Shown here one piece after another: positions 1-10,556 of a DNA stretch of 64,000 nt. Position 1 is the stretch's first letter. Every line of letters starts with the position of its first letter. Location of the stretch: NCBI GenBank assembly GCA_963826525.1, contig CAWGXH010000004.1:1760001-1824000 (forward strand), written 5' to 3'. The notes under the pieces were generated by a model, which was not told the DNA's origin, made no database searches, and saw only the letters and a program-made list of their open reading frames with translations. The DNA is from an uncultured Methanomicrobiaceae archaeon (lineage in GTDB: Archaea; Halobacteriota; Methanomicrobia; Methanomicrobiales; Methanoculleaceae). The position numbers and the translations under genes were made by a program.

Positions 1-450
1 CCTGCCCGGGTCTTTGACGGTGAGCAGGCAGCGATGGCAGCCATTTTGAGCCGGGAGATAACCGAAGGAGACGTCCTGGTGATCCGCTACGAAGGCCCGC
101 GCGGAGGGCCGGGGATGTCCGAGATGCTCTCCCCAACCTCGGCGTTGATGGGGCTTGGGTATACCCGCGTCGTCCTGGTGACCGACGGCCGGTTCTCGGG
201 CGGGACACGGGGCCCGTGCATCGGGCACGTCGCTCCCGAAGCCGAAGTCGGCGGCCCGATCGCGCTGGTGCGGGAGGGGGATCGGATCGAGGTCGACCTC
301 TACGAAAAACGCCTCGATATCCTCGTGGATCCGGGAACCCTGGAAGAGAGGAGGAGATCCTGGACCCCGCGGCAGCGAAATCTCTCCGGTGTGCTCGCCC
401 GCTACGCACGAACTGTCGAACAGGCGAATCTCGGCGCTGTCCAGCGTTAG
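1..450 (+). CDS. ilvD: Dihydroxy-acid dehydratase, C-terminal part (truncated by window edge)
   Basis: IlvD motifs [36 protein letters not shown]. Confidence 0.95.
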   Translation, partial: PARVFDGEQAAMAAILSREITEGDVLVIRYEGPRGGPGMSEMLSPTSALMGLGYTRVVLVTDGRFSGGTRGPCIGHVAPEAEVGGPIALVREGDRIEVDLYEKRLDILVDPGTLEERRRSWTPRQRNLSGVLARYARTVEQANLGAVQR

Positions 451-585
451 GGCCTGTAACACCCCATATCTCCTTTATTTTTTCAAACGGCCAAAGGCGG
501 AGGGTATATGTATCCTCCGGCATACAGTCTCTGTCAGGCAGATCCCTCCGAGGGAAAGCCTTCAATACGATACCATGGTGATGTG

Positions 586-1167
586 ATGATCGACAAGTTT
601 CTCGAAGGTAACAAGACGTTTCTCAAAGAAGATTATAGCCGGAACCCCGAGCACTATGAGGCTCTCGTCTCGAGCCAGAGCCCGGTCGTCCTCTGGATAG
701 GCTGCTCGGACTCGCGCGTCAACCCAGAAAGGATCACCGGGGCAAAGTCGGGCGAGTTATTCGTCCAGCGCAACATCGGCAACGTCGTCCCGGTACACGA
801 CTGGAACTTTGCCACTGTTCTTGAGTATGCCGTGAACCACCTGAAAGTCGGGGACATCGTCGTCTGCGGACACTCCGATTGCGGGGCTATAAAAGCGCTC
901 GACAAGGAGAGCAATGATGCCTACATCCCGCTCTGGCTCAACAACGCAGTCGAAGCGAAGCGACGTGTCGATGCGCGGATGCAGGTGCCGAAGACGCCTG
1001 AAGAAGAGGCGATAAGGCGGCGGCTCATCGAGCTCGAGAATGTCGGCCTGCAGATCGAACATCTCCGCACGTACCCGCCGGTTCGTGCGGCGGAGAAGGA
1101 GGGGCGTGTCCGGGTGCACGGACTGTACTTCGATCTCGCTACCGGCGAGCTGAAAAAAGTCTATTAA
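586..1167 (+). CDS. Beta-class carbonic anhydrase
   Basis: GCSDSRV, RNIGN and CGHSDCGA zinc motifs; ATG 586 preceded by GGTGA. Confidence 0.93.
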   Translation: MIDKFLEGNKTFLKEDYSRNPEHYEALVSSQSPVVLWIGCSDSRVNPERITGAKSGELFVQRNIGNVVPVHDWNFATVLEYAVNHLKVGDIVVCGHSDCGAIKALDKESNDAYIPLWLNNAVEAKRRVDARMQVPKTPEEEAIRRRLIELENVGLQIEHLRTYPPVRAAEKEGRVRVHGLYFDLATGELKKVY

Positions 1168-1529
1168 GCCTCTTCCAGGGCATAATCGACCTCCTCTTTT
1201 ATCAACGTGAAAGATATCCTCCCGATGGACGTGAGCCGCCCGTTCACGAGAATCATCGGGATAGGTGGATGCCGCTCTTCGATGAGGGCTCTGATGTAAT
1301 CGGGCACGGCCTCGTCGATGATGGTCAGCTGGACCTCGACGCGATCTCCATACTCCTTCTTCAGCTCGTCGCGCAGAGCGCTTATGGCATCCATCATGCG
1401 GTTTGACGGATAACAGACCTCAAGGCCGCAGCTGCGTGTCTCATCACAGGGAAACGGGCCGCATTCCGACTCGGAGAGCCCGACGATCTCAACAGTAACA
1501 TCTGCCATGTACATTCCATCCTGTTTCAC
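1164..1529 (-). CDS. Hypothetical Cys-rich protein, possibly thioredoxin-like fold
   Basis: ORF with CGPFPCDETRSCGLEVC and a C-terminal PIPMILVNG segment; overlaps the upstream gene by 4 bp. Confidence 0.65.
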   Translation of the reverse strand: MKQDGMYMADVTVEIVGLSESECGPFPCDETRSCGLEVCYPSNRMMDAISALRDELKKEYGDRVEVQLTIIDEAVPDYIRALIEERHPPIPMILVNGRLTSIGRISFTLIKEEVDYALEEA

Positions 1530-2449
1530 CCTATATGAGCCTTCGTCTCACCGGAAGCCTCCAGTAGTGATGCGACAGCCGCCCGCACCCGTTCTTCGAG
1601 CCCTTCAATCGCCCTGACGTCCCGCCGGGTATCCATTCGGTCGACCAGAATCTCCCCGCCGAGATGGATGCCGATGTTCCGCATGAACGCGCCCGTGACC
1701 GACCTGACGCATTCGAACGGCTCAGGCCCCGGGCGTCCTGCGACGGCGATCAGAAGGCCGTTCGTTGCGACGGGTGTCCCGAGGAGCGTCCGTCGTGCGT
1801 GGAGCGCCTGACCCCGGTCGATGACAGCCTTGAGGGCAGCCGGAACGGTATTGGTGTAGACCGGTGTTGCGATGATGAGGAGGGACGCCGTTTCGATGGC
1901 CTTGAGAATAACTGTCATATCGTCCTCGAGCAGACAGATGCCCTGGTTGTAGCAGACATAGCAGCCGGAGCAAGGCCGAATATCCATCTCGTGTACGGAA
2001 AAGATATGCGCCGAACGTTTCTGCCGTGACGCTTCGTCGGCACACCATCCGGCAAGGGTTGCCGAGCTGCCGAAATGCCGCGGGCTGCCCTGAAGGATGA
2101 CGACGTCGTAGGCCTCGCCCGGGAGTGTCCGGCTGACGGGTGGCAGGGCCTTCGTATAGTGTTCCGGGCGCGCCGCTACGTCGTACGCGAGTCTTCCGAA
2201 TACGATGTCGGCCACCTCGTCTGTGGAGAAGAGCGTATGCGGCGGTTGTTCGTAGGAGTTGATCACGTAACGGTAGACGCATTGCCCCGCATGCCGGATC
2301 TCCACGGTATATCGCCGCATGCCCGGATAGACAGTACCAAGGTCTTCGCTCAAGAGGTTAATGACGAACGCTCCGACCGGTGTCTCGACCGTCCGGCTCT
2401 CTGCCGGTTCTCTGCTGGCCTCCATGCATCGCAGTGCGTGGCATACCAT
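1526..2449 (-). CDS. Iron-sulfur flavoprotein / NADPH-dependent FMN reductase family protein with extra N-terminal domain
   Basis: QGSPR, CSGCYVCYNQGIC (CX2CX2CX5C), ATPVY, LKAVIDR. Confidence 0.85.
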   Translation of the reverse strand: MVCHALRCMEASREPAESRTVETPVGAFVINLLSEDLGTVYPGMRRYTVEIRHAGQCVYRYVINSYEQPPHTLFSTDEVADIVFGRLAYDVAARPEHYTKALPPVSRTLPGEAYDVVILQGSPRHFGSSATLAGWCADEASRQKRSAHIFSVHEMDIRPCSGCYVCYNQGICLLEDDMTVILKAIETASLLIIATPVYTNTVPAALKAVIDRGQALHARRTLLGTPVATNGLLIAVAGRPGPEPFECVRSVTGAFMRNIGIHLGGEILVDRMDTRRDVRAIEGLEERVRAAVASLLEASGETKAHIG

Positions 2450-2570
2450 ATGAACGTAACGGAGTGCTCCTGCGGCAGGAAGGTCGTTAGAAAGACGGAC
2501 GGGATGCGGCAGCGCGCCGGTCAGTCACTACCGTTAATAAGGTCCCGCACCTATGGTACTATGGTAATTC

Positions 2571-3626
2571 ATGAAGGCGGTTCTGGGTCTTGAAGACGGC
2601 ACTTTTATAAAAGGAGATGGTTTTGGTGTTGAAGGGAGCTGCTCGGGCGAACTCGTCTTCACCACGCAGATGACCGGTTATATGGAGTCCCTGACGGATC
2701 CGAGTTATGCCGGTCAGATCTTGATGTTTACCTTTCCTACAATCGGAAACTACGGAGTTGATACCCAAAATTTCGAGAGTTCCCGGGTTCATGCGCTGGG
2801 CTCCGTCACCCGCGAGATCTGTGCAAAACCCTCTACGAACTCTTCTATCGCCCGATTCTTCGAAGAAAACGGGCACTTTGGAATATGCGGTGTCGACACC
2901 CGGATGCTGACGATCAAAACGCGGGTGAGCGGCACGCTGCGTGCATCGCTCATCGTCGGCGATGATAACGAAGAAGCGGCGATCGAGCGCGCACGGTCGG
3001 TCCCGCCGATAACTGACCAGGATCTGATCGGCAGCGTATCCTGTCCGGAACCCTATCGGATCGCCGGGCAGGGCAAACGGATAGCCGTCATCGATCTCGG
3101 TATCAAGCGGAATATCCTCGTCAGTCTTGCAAAAAGGGGTGCCGACCTCTGTGTCTTCCCCCACGACGCCACGGCCGACCAGGTGATGGCATGTGAACCC
3201 GCCGCCCTTTTCATCAGCAACGGACCGGGCGATCCCCGCAGGGCGGCAGCGGTCATCCGGCTCATCAGCGACCTTGCGGGCGAGCTTCCCATAATCGGTA
3301 TCTGTATGGGCATCCAGGTGACCGGGCTCGCTCTCGGCGCCGAGACCTACAAGATGAAGTTCGGTCACCGGGGCACAAACCAGCCCGTCCGCTACAAAGA
3401 CGGCAGCATTTACATCACCACGCAGAACCACGGTTTTTCGGTCGACGCACAGACGCTTCCCGAGGGATGCCTAGTCTCCTACCGGAACGTCAACGACGGT
3501 ACGGTCGAAGGGTTCGAGAACAAGGACTTGGACATCACCTGTGTCCAGTTCCATCCCGAAGCGCACGGGGGGCCGCGCGATACGGAATCACACTTCTTTG
3601 ACAGAATCTACCGGGGGATTCCCTGA
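2571..3626 (+). CDS. carA: Carbamoyl-phosphate synthase small subunit
   Basis: GELVFTTQMTGY, SNGPGDP, GICMG, QNHGF, QFHPEA. Confidence 0.98.
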   Translation: MKAVLGLEDGTFIKGDGFGVEGSCSGELVFTTQMTGYMESLTDPSYAGQILMFTFPTIGNYGVDTQNFESSRVHALGSVTREICAKPSTNSSIARFFEENGHFGICGVDTRMLTIKTRVSGTLRASLIVGDDNEEAAIERARSVPPITDQDLIGSVSCPEPYRIAGQGKRIAVIDLGIKRNILVSLAKRGADLCVFPHDATADQVMACEPAALFISNGPGDPRRAAAVIRLISDLAGELPIIGICMGIQVTGLALGAETYKMKFGHRGTNQPVRYKDGSIYITTQNHGFSVDAQTLPEGCLVSYRNVNDGTVEGFENKDLDITCVQFHPEAHGGPRDTESHFFDRIYRGIP

Positions 3627-6600
3627 TGCCGCGGAAAAATCACATACACTCGGTTCTTCTCATCGGCTCGGGGCCGATCCAGATCGGCCAGGCGGCGGAG
3701 TTCGACTTCTCCGGATCCCAGGCCTGCCGTGCTCTCCAGGAAGAGGGTGTTAAGGTCATCCTGGTTAACTCGAATCCGGCGACGATCCAGACCGATCCCG
3801 ATATGGCGGACGTCATCTACGTCGAGCCGCTCAAGGCGGAGATCATTGCTAAAATCATCAAAAAGGAGAAACCCGACGGCATCCTCTCCGGCATGGGCGG
3901 GCAGACCGGTCTGAACATGACCGCCGAGCTTGCGGAGATGGGAGCGCTTGAGGGTGTCGAGATCCTCGGTACGCCCCTCGAGGCGATCTACCGCGGCGAG
4001 GACCGCGAGCAGTTCCGCGACCTGATGAACGCTATCGGCGAGCCGATTCCAAAGAGCATGGTCCTCGAGAGCATGGACGAGATCGATACGGCTCTTGCCG
4101 AGGTCGGCCTCCCTGCCATCATCCGGCCTGCATACACCCTCGGCGGCTCCGGCGGCGGCGTTGCTCACACCGCTGAAGAGATGCGCCGGATCATCGAGCT
4201 CGGCCTTGCCCGTTCCCGTATCCACCAGGTCCTCGTGGAAGAGAGCGTCGCCGGATGGAAGGAGATCGAGTTCGAGGTGATGCGGGACTCGTCCGATACC
4301 TGCATCATCGTCTGCGGTATGGAGAACGTCGACCCGATGGGCATTCATACCGGTGAATCCGTCGTCGTGGCGCCGATCCTCACGCTCCGCGACGACGAAT
4401 ACCAGATGATGCGCAGCGCCGCAATAAAGATCATCCGCGCGCTCGACGTTCAGGGCGGATGTAATGTCCAGTTCGCCTTCCGGGACGGCGACTACCGGGT
4501 CATCGAGGTGAATCCCCGCGTCTCACGGTCATCCGCTCTCGCCTCCAAGGCGACCGGGTACCCTATCGCCCGGGTTGCGGCCAAAATAGCGATCGGCCTT
4601 CGCCTCGACGAGATAATGAACACCGTCACCGGTGCAACGCCGTCATCGTTCGAGCCTGCCATCGATTACGTCGTGGTGAAGGTGCCCCGCTGGCCGTTCG
4701 ACAAATTCAAGTCTGCCGACCGGACGCTCACCACGGCGATGAAGAGCACCGGCGAGGTGATGGCAATCGGGCGGACGCTTGAAGAGGGCTTTAAAAAGGC
4801 GCTCCGGTCGCTCGATACGGATATGAAGCGGCACACGAACCCGAGCGAGATCCGGATGATCCTCACCCGGCCGACCGACGAGCGGTTCGGCTGCCTCTTC
4901 GACGCCTTCCGGGAGGGTTTCTCGGTCGAGGAGATCGCGAGCCTTACCGCCATCACTCCCTTCTTCCTTGAGAAGATGCAGAATATCGTGACGATGGAGC
5001 AGAAGCTGCAGGCGGATTTTAAGCCCGAAGATGTCCGGAGCGCAAAGCGCTACGGGTTTACGACCGAAGAGATCGCCGAGTTCTCGGGCAGAAGCCCGGA
5101 CGAGATCGACGCGCTCGCCGGTTCGCCGACCTACAAGATGGTCGACACCTGCGCTGCGGAGTTCCCGGCGACGACCCCGTACTTCTACTCGACCTGGGAG
5201 GACGGGTGCGAGATCACGAAGAACGGGATGAAGAAGGTGCTGATCCTGGGTTCCGGCCCCATTCGGATCGGGCAGGGGATCGAGTTCGACTACTGCACCG
5301 TCCACGCCGTCATGGCGCTCCGGGAAGAGGAAGGGGTCGAGGTGCATATCGTCAACAACAACCCCGAGACGGTCTCGACCGATGCGGATACCTCCGATCG
5401 CCTCTTCTTCGAGCCGATGCAGCTTGAGGATGTGGTGAACATCCTGAAAAAGGACGATTATTACGGGGTCATGGTACAGTTCGGCGGTCAGAACTCCGTA
5501 AATCTCGCCGTACCGCTCGATGAGGCGATACGGAAACTCAATCTCCCCGTTCGGATCCTCGGAACCAGCCCCGATGCCATGGATGTCGCAGAGGACCGCG
5601 ACCGTTTCAGCCAGCTCCTGACGAAACTCGAGATCCCGAGCCCCCCGAACAGCTCCGCGTACTCCGAAGAGGAGGCACGGACGATGGCGCGAAAGATTGG
5701 CTACCCGGTCCTGGTGCGCCCGAGTTACGTCCTCGGCGGCCGGGCAATGGAACTTGTCCACGACGAGACGGAGCTTGAGAGTTACATCAAAGAGGCCGTC
5801 CGGGTGAGCAGAAAGCACCCCGTCCTGATCGACTCCTTCCTCCAGAATGCGGTGGAGATCGACGTCGACGCCGTCTGTGACGGCACCGATGTGCTCATCG
5901 GCGGTATCATGGAGCATATCGAGGAGGCGGGCGTCCACTCCGGGGACTCAGCCTGTGTTATTCCGCCGCAGTCGCTTTCTGCGTCGGTGATTCAGCAGGT
6001 GCGGGACTACACGAGGAGGCTCGCCCTCGGCCTCGGTGTCGTCGGCCTCATCAATATCCAGTATGCGGTCAAGAGCGACGTGGTGTACGTCCTCGAGGCA
6101 AATCCCCGGGCGAGCCGGACGGTCCCCTTCGTCTCCAAGGCGACCGGCATCCCGCTTGCCAAGGTGGCCGCAAAGGTCATGATAGGCAGGAAGCTCGCCG
6201 ATCTCGGCGTTACCGAGCGGGAGATCAGCCACGTGGCGGTCAAAGAGGTGCTGCTCCCGTTCAATAAGCTGCCGGGCGTCGATACGGTGCTCGGCCCCGA
6301 GATGAAGAGCACGGGCGAGGTCATGGGAATCGATTACGACTTCGGTCGGTCGTACTACAAGGCCTGCACCGCTGCCGACAACACCCTTCCGGTCAGGGGG
6401 AACGTCTTCATCTCGGTGACGGATGAGCAGAAAGAGGAGATTATGCCGATCGCACGGAAACTCGGTGAGATGGGTCTCTCCCTTTACGGCACCAGCGGAA
6501 CGGTGGAGTTCCTCGCCCAGAACGGTATCGCGGCGAATCTGGTGCGTAAAGTCCAGGAAGGTTCGCCGAACGTTATCGATATGATGCGCCACGGCGGCAT

Positions 6601-6796
6601 CAGCCTCATCATCAATACGCCTGCGGACAAGGCTTCAAGGCAGGATCACCTTCAGATCATGCGTATGGCTATCGATTACGGCATTCCCTACATCACCACG
6701 CTGCAGGCGGCCCGAGCCGCCGCGATGGCGATAGATGCGATACAGCGCGAGGAGATCACCATCGAACCGCTCGGCCACTATATCGGAACGGCATAA
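3626..6796 (+). CDS. carB: Carbamoyl-phosphate synthase large subunit
   Basis: 1056 aa; duplicated GSGPIxIGQ..EFD motifs, ATP-grasp domains, MKSTGEVM, C-terminal MGS domain. Confidence 0.98.
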   Translation: MPRKNHIHSVLLIGSGPIQIGQAAEFDFSGSQACRALQEEGVKVILVNSNPATIQTDPDMADVIYVEPLKAEIIAKIIKKEKPDGILSGMGGQTGLNMTAELAEMGALEGVEILGTPLEAIYRGEDREQFRDLMNAIGEPIPKSMVLESMDEIDTALAEVGLPAIIRPAYTLGGSGGGVAHTAEEMRRIIELGLARSRIHQVLVEESVAGWKEIEFEVMRDSSDTCIIVCGMENVDPMGIHTGESVVVAPILTLRDDEYQMMRSAAIKIIRALDVQGGCNVQFAFRDGDYRVIEVNPRVSRSSALASKATGYPIARVAAKIAIGLRLDEIMNTVTGATPSSFEPAIDYVVVKVPRWPFDKFKSADRTLTTAMKSTGEVMAIGRTLEEGFKKALRSLDTDMKRHTNPSEIRMILTRPTDERFGCLFDAFREGFSVEEIASLTAITPFFLEKMQNIVTMEQKLQADFKPEDVRSAKRYGFTTEEIAEFSGRSPDEIDALAGSPTYKMVDTCAAEFPATTPYFYSTWEDGCEITKNGMKKVLILGSGPIRIGQGIEFDYCTVHAVMALREEEGVEVHIVNNNPETVSTDADTSDRLFFEPMQLEDVVNILKKDDYYGVMVQFGGQNSVNLAVPLDEAIRKLNLPVRILGTSPDAMDVAEDRDRFSQLLTKLEIPSPPNSSAYSEEEARTMARKIGYPVLVRPSYVLGGRAMELVHDETELESYIKEAVRVSRKHPVLIDSFLQNAVEIDVDAVCDGTDVLIGGIMEHIEEAGVHSGDSACVIPPQSLSASVIQQVRDYTRRLALGLGVVGLINIQYAVKSDVVYVLEANPRASRTVPFVSKATGIPLAKVAAKVMIGRKLADLGVTEREISHVAVKEVLLPFNKLPGVDTVLGPEMKSTGEVMGIDYDFGRSYYKACTAADNTLPVRGNVFISVTDEQKEEIMPIARKLGEMGLSLYGTSGTVEFLAQNGIAANLVRKVQEGSPNVIDMMRHGGISLIINTPADKASRQDHLQIMRMAIDYGIPYITTLQAARAAAMAIDAIQREEITIEPLGHYIGTA

Positions 6797-6809
6797 TATG
6801 AGGTCATGC

Positions 6810-6853
6810 TGCGGGGAAGATACGTTCCCCGCAGAAGACGCCTCCGCTTTTTT
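6810..6853 (+). terminator. Hairpin plus T-tract after carB
   Basis: tgcggggaa-gatacg-ttccccgca inverted repeat followed by a T run, between convergent genes. Confidence 0.45.
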
Positions 6854-6883
6854 CTCATGACGATACGGTAGCGGTCGCAGGAC

Positions 6884-7429
6884 TTATGCCGCTAGTGGTG
6901 CCCTCCCGGTGCTTCCGCCGGTGAAGCCATAGATGATTCCGAGGATGCCGAAGATTATGGCGTAGATCCCGAGCACCCAGACGATGGTGGCTGCACCGAG
7001 GAGCGGGTAGAAGAGGAGAACTCCTCCGAAGATCAGCGATACGATGCCGAGGAGCACGAGTAAGAGGCGCATCCCCATTCCTGCCGATGCGGTGAATGCG
7101 GCGACAAAGTCACCGACACCGGTGATCAGTGCCCAGAACGCGATGAGATAGATGATGATCACGATAAAGAAGTACGGTGAGACAAGCGTTAAGATGCCGA
7201 TCAGAATCCCGAGGAGCCCGAGGAGTATGATCGACCACTTCGCGCCGCCGGAAGGGCCGGAGGTTGCTCCGGCGATGAGTGCGAATGCTGAGATGATGAT
7301 GGCAAAAAAGCCGAAGAAGTAGACTAAGAACTCGAGAACGACGGCCGGCCATACGATGGCGGCAATCCCGAAGAGGAGCGCGATGACGCCTCTCAGGACA
7401 TAATACCATTTCTGCTCTGTTCCGTCCAT
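6884..7429 (-). CDS. HdeD/DUF308 family membrane protein
   Basis: LRGVIALLFGIAAIVWP; two repeated hydrophobic units, about 6 TM segments. Confidence 0.88.
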   Translation of the reverse strand: MDGTEQKWYYVLRGVIALLFGIAAIVWPAVVLEFLVYFFGFFAIIISAFALIAGATSGPSGGAKWSIILLGLLGILIGILTLVSPYFFIVIIIYLIAFWALITGVGDFVAAFTASAGMGMRLLLVLLGIVSLIFGGVLLFYPLLGAATIVWVLGIYAIIFGILGIIYGFTGGSTGRAPLAA

Positions 7430-7808
7430 GGTAAAACCTTCTGGTTCAGGACTGCATACGGTGCTTGCACTATTTATTGTGTTGGGACGGCCGTCTCCTG
7501 CCGGGAGGTGGCGACGGATGCAGCGGGGGCGATCGGCCTCTGCCGTCGCGATAAGGCAAGGAGCCTGTGCTTCCCGGGATGCCGGTACCCGGGTGGAACA
7601 GGAGCGTGCCGTTCAGAAGCGTCCCCGGCCTGGGCCGGATCTTCGCCTTCTCCGGCCTCTGCCCATGTCGAGAATTCTCTGCGGGTTCCGGACGGAGGCT
7701 GCCGGATTGGGTCAAATCGGAGCGTGCAGAAACCGATGCCAAGGATTTAATGCGAAAAAAGGTGCATTTTTACAGTGGTGCCCGCAATGAGAAGGGGAGG
7801 GAAGTTTC

Positions 7809-8516
7809 ATGCGCAACGCGGAAGATAACACTACTGTCGAGTTCCCGCTCCGCGGTGAATGGACGGCCGTCCGTACGCCTGCATACCGTGTACCAAGCCA
7901 CGGGACGGGGGAGTTCGGGCTGCGGTATGCCTTCGATTTCGTACGGGCAGAATGGGAACCTTCCATGCGGTTTTCGTCGAAAAACAGGTTTCATCAACTA
8001 TACGGTCATGTCCCGGTAAATGACTACTATGGCTGGAGCCAGCCGATATATTCTCCCTTCGACGGCGAGGTCGTCATGGTCCGCGACGGCTGGCCCGACA
8101 TACTGGGAGTGAACACGTTCAAGGACATCTTTCATTCGCTCCTTCTTACCTATTCATTCATGCGTGCTCCCTCCCCCCGGAGCATCGATATCCGCCGCGT
8201 CGCCGGGAACTGTGTCGTCGTCCACTCGGAACGTTGCTCGGCCTTTCTGGCGCATCTCCGGAGTGGCTCAGTGAGCGTCAAAGAAGGGCAGCATATACAG
8301 GCAGGCGATCTGATCGGCGAAGTCGGCAATTCAGGCAATACAACGGCGCCGCATCTGCATTTCCAGCTCATGAAGGGAGACGACCCTTTTACAGCCACCG
8401 GCCTTCCCTGTCGTTTCCGATTTTACGAACGTTACTGTGACAAGGCATGGGAGTCCGTAACCAACGGCATTCCGGGGCGGCTTGAACGTATACGGTATAT
8501 GGGTGAACTGCCATGA
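7809..8516 (+). CDS. M23 family metallopeptidase
   Basis: YAFDF, PIYSPFDGEV, GN..AFLAHL, IGEVGNSGNTTAPHLHFQL. Confidence 0.88.
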   Translation: MRNAEDNTTVEFPLRGEWTAVRTPAYRVPSHGTGEFGLRYAFDFVRAEWEPSMRFSSKNRFHQLYGHVPVNDYYGWSQPIYSPFDGEVVMVRDGWPDILGVNTFKDIFHSLLLTYSFMRAPSPRSIDIRRVAGNCVVVHSERCSAFLAHLRSGSVSVKEGQHIQAGDLIGEVGNSGNTTAPHLHFQLMKGDDPFTATGLPCRFRFYERYCDKAWESVTNGIPGRLERIRYMGELP

Positions 8517-9444
8517 CAAAGAAAGCCATGCGGGAAATCGCCAGGCAATTCTTGCAGTGAGACTGCACTCAGAAGGCTACGGAAACAGAGTTCCACGACA
8601 ACCAAGAGTGATAACTCCAATGTGCAACAGCACCCGTAATGCGACGGTATGAAATCCCTTTCTCAATCGCCTTCCTGGTCACAACTTTTCAGCCGCATCG
8701 CAGAAGAGGTCGGGCAAAAACTGGCTGGTGGACATAGCAGGATCCGGGAAGAGAATGCCGGGCTCGTCCGGCAATTCTTCGGACTGAAGAGGAAGGCCTG
8801 ATGAGCATGCGCAGCCGATCCGGATCTGCGTATGGCTTATGGATGGACGATAACTGTGGCAGTAATTATGCAAAATGCCCTATTTTCTGCGTTCTCCCGG
8901 GCTTGCCGGGATCTCTTCGAACAGCGGATCGCGAAACACGTCTCCCCGCGGGAAAGTCACCCCCCGGGCATCCCGAACGAAGGTCAAATCGGCGTTATTT
9001 TCCGGTTCTATCGCCCTCTTCGGATGTCGGATTCCAGTACCGGAAATTATCCTGTGTATGTCGCCCCGATCGCCGTAAAACGGTAGGATCGGAGGGCCAT
9101 ATCGGCCATATGCGGCAGAGTAATTTTCAGGGGGATGTCTCCCCCTGGTTCGACCAGAGATCGGCTGTCTGAGGGCTTCTGTGAGGGTCGAAATTCGGAA
9201 GAGTTCGGCCTGGATTGCCGATATATAAGCGTTGCTTAACCGGTGCTGTGTTGCACAAATCTGCCCGGAGATATTCGGTGGCTATTACTCATGTGCATCC
9301 GCTCACCGACGCCCGCAATCGGAAGGCAATGCTGATAGATATCAGCCGAGCACCTCTGGAGTTCGTCCGCGTCACCGCTGACCGGGCACGGGGCAAAGAC
9401 TTGGCCGACAGCCCCGTATGTTCCGGCAGAGCCAAAAAAAAGAG

Positions 9445-10326
9445 TTATTGTGTGCCGATCCAGGCGTTCACCTGGTCGGGGTGGGCGTCGACCCATGCCT
9501 TTGCTGCTTCCTCATCCGATGCGCCTTCCTCAATGGAGACCATCACCGACTGCATATCGTCGGCAGTCCAGTTGAACCGGGTGAGGATCTCGTAGACTTC
9601 GGGCTTGTCGGTCGCAAGACCCTGGCGGGCGAGCGTTGCGATGTACTCTTCACCGCCGTAGATTCCCTTTGGGTCGTCGAGATACTTGAGGTCCCACCGG
9701 GCGAACTTCCAGTGCGGTGTCCATCCGGTCACGACGACCCACTCTTCGTTCGCAATAGCGGAACTGAGCTCGGCAGCCATGCCTGCGCTGCTGCTCGCGA
9801 CGATCTCATAGTCAAGACCGTACGCGTCGATCGCCTCTTCGGTTCTTGACATGATCCCGGCACCGGGTTCGATGCCGGTGATCTTCCCGTCAAATTTCTC
9901 AGTGACAGTGTTCAACTCATCGATGGAGTCGATGGTCACGTACGACGGAACAACAAGTCCGATCTTGGTTCCCTGCATGTTCTGCCCGACCAGATCGATC
10001 CGGTCGCCATACTCTTCCCAGTAGTTTGCCTGTGTGGCGGGGAGCCATGCGGAGATAGTACAATCGACATCACCGTTCGCAACCGCCTGGTAGAGCGGTC
10101 CTGCATCGACGGCGACGATCTCGACGTCATATCCGGCTTTTTCGAATGCCTGCTTGAGCACATTGGTGCTGGCAATTTCCGAGTCCCAGGTTACGTAGCC
10201 GATGGTTACGGTTTCTGTCGGTGCGGATGCCGGCGTTGTTTCGGTCGTCGTGCATCCGGCAGCCAGAATACTCACCAAAAGGAGGCATCCGGTCAGGAGC
10301 AATACACTCTCTCTTTTTAAAAACAT
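9445..10326 (-). CDS. Glycine betaine ABC transporter substrate-binding lipoprotein (OpuAC/OtaC type)
   Basis: Lipobox-like LAAGC; SAWLP, GIEPGAG, GWTPHW, DPKG; RBS GGAAGGTGA before ATG 10326. Confidence 0.93.
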   Translation of the reverse strand: MFLKRESVLLLTGCLLLVSILAAGCTTTETTPASAPTETVTIGYVTWDSEIASTNVLKQAFEKAGYDVEIVAVDAGPLYQAVANGDVDCTISAWLPATQANYWEEYGDRIDLVGQNMQGTKIGLVVPSYVTIDSIDELNTVTEKFDGKITGIEPGAGIMSRTEEAIDAYGLDYEIVASSSAGMAAELSSAIANEEWVVVTGWTPHWKFARWDLKYLDDPKGIYGGEEYIATLARQGLATDKPEVYEILTRFNWTADDMQSVMVSIEEGASDEEAAKAWVDAHPDQVNAWIGTQ

Positions 10327-10556
10327 CTCAATCACCTTCCGGAGCGGTTGTGCTGCATAGACATCGAGAGCGAAAGTCGGCACTTCAGTGGTGCAGAGCA
10401 TTCTCCTTGATGCTGAACGGTTCTGTGTATGTGAAAAAGACGATCCTTCTATCACAGATATCCGACATATATGCCTTTTCCAAAAACCGTTCTGCAGTCT
10501 GATTGGAAAGGCCAATAATGACCGATTAAAGGGTTGTTCTTCACGCCATAAAGGGA

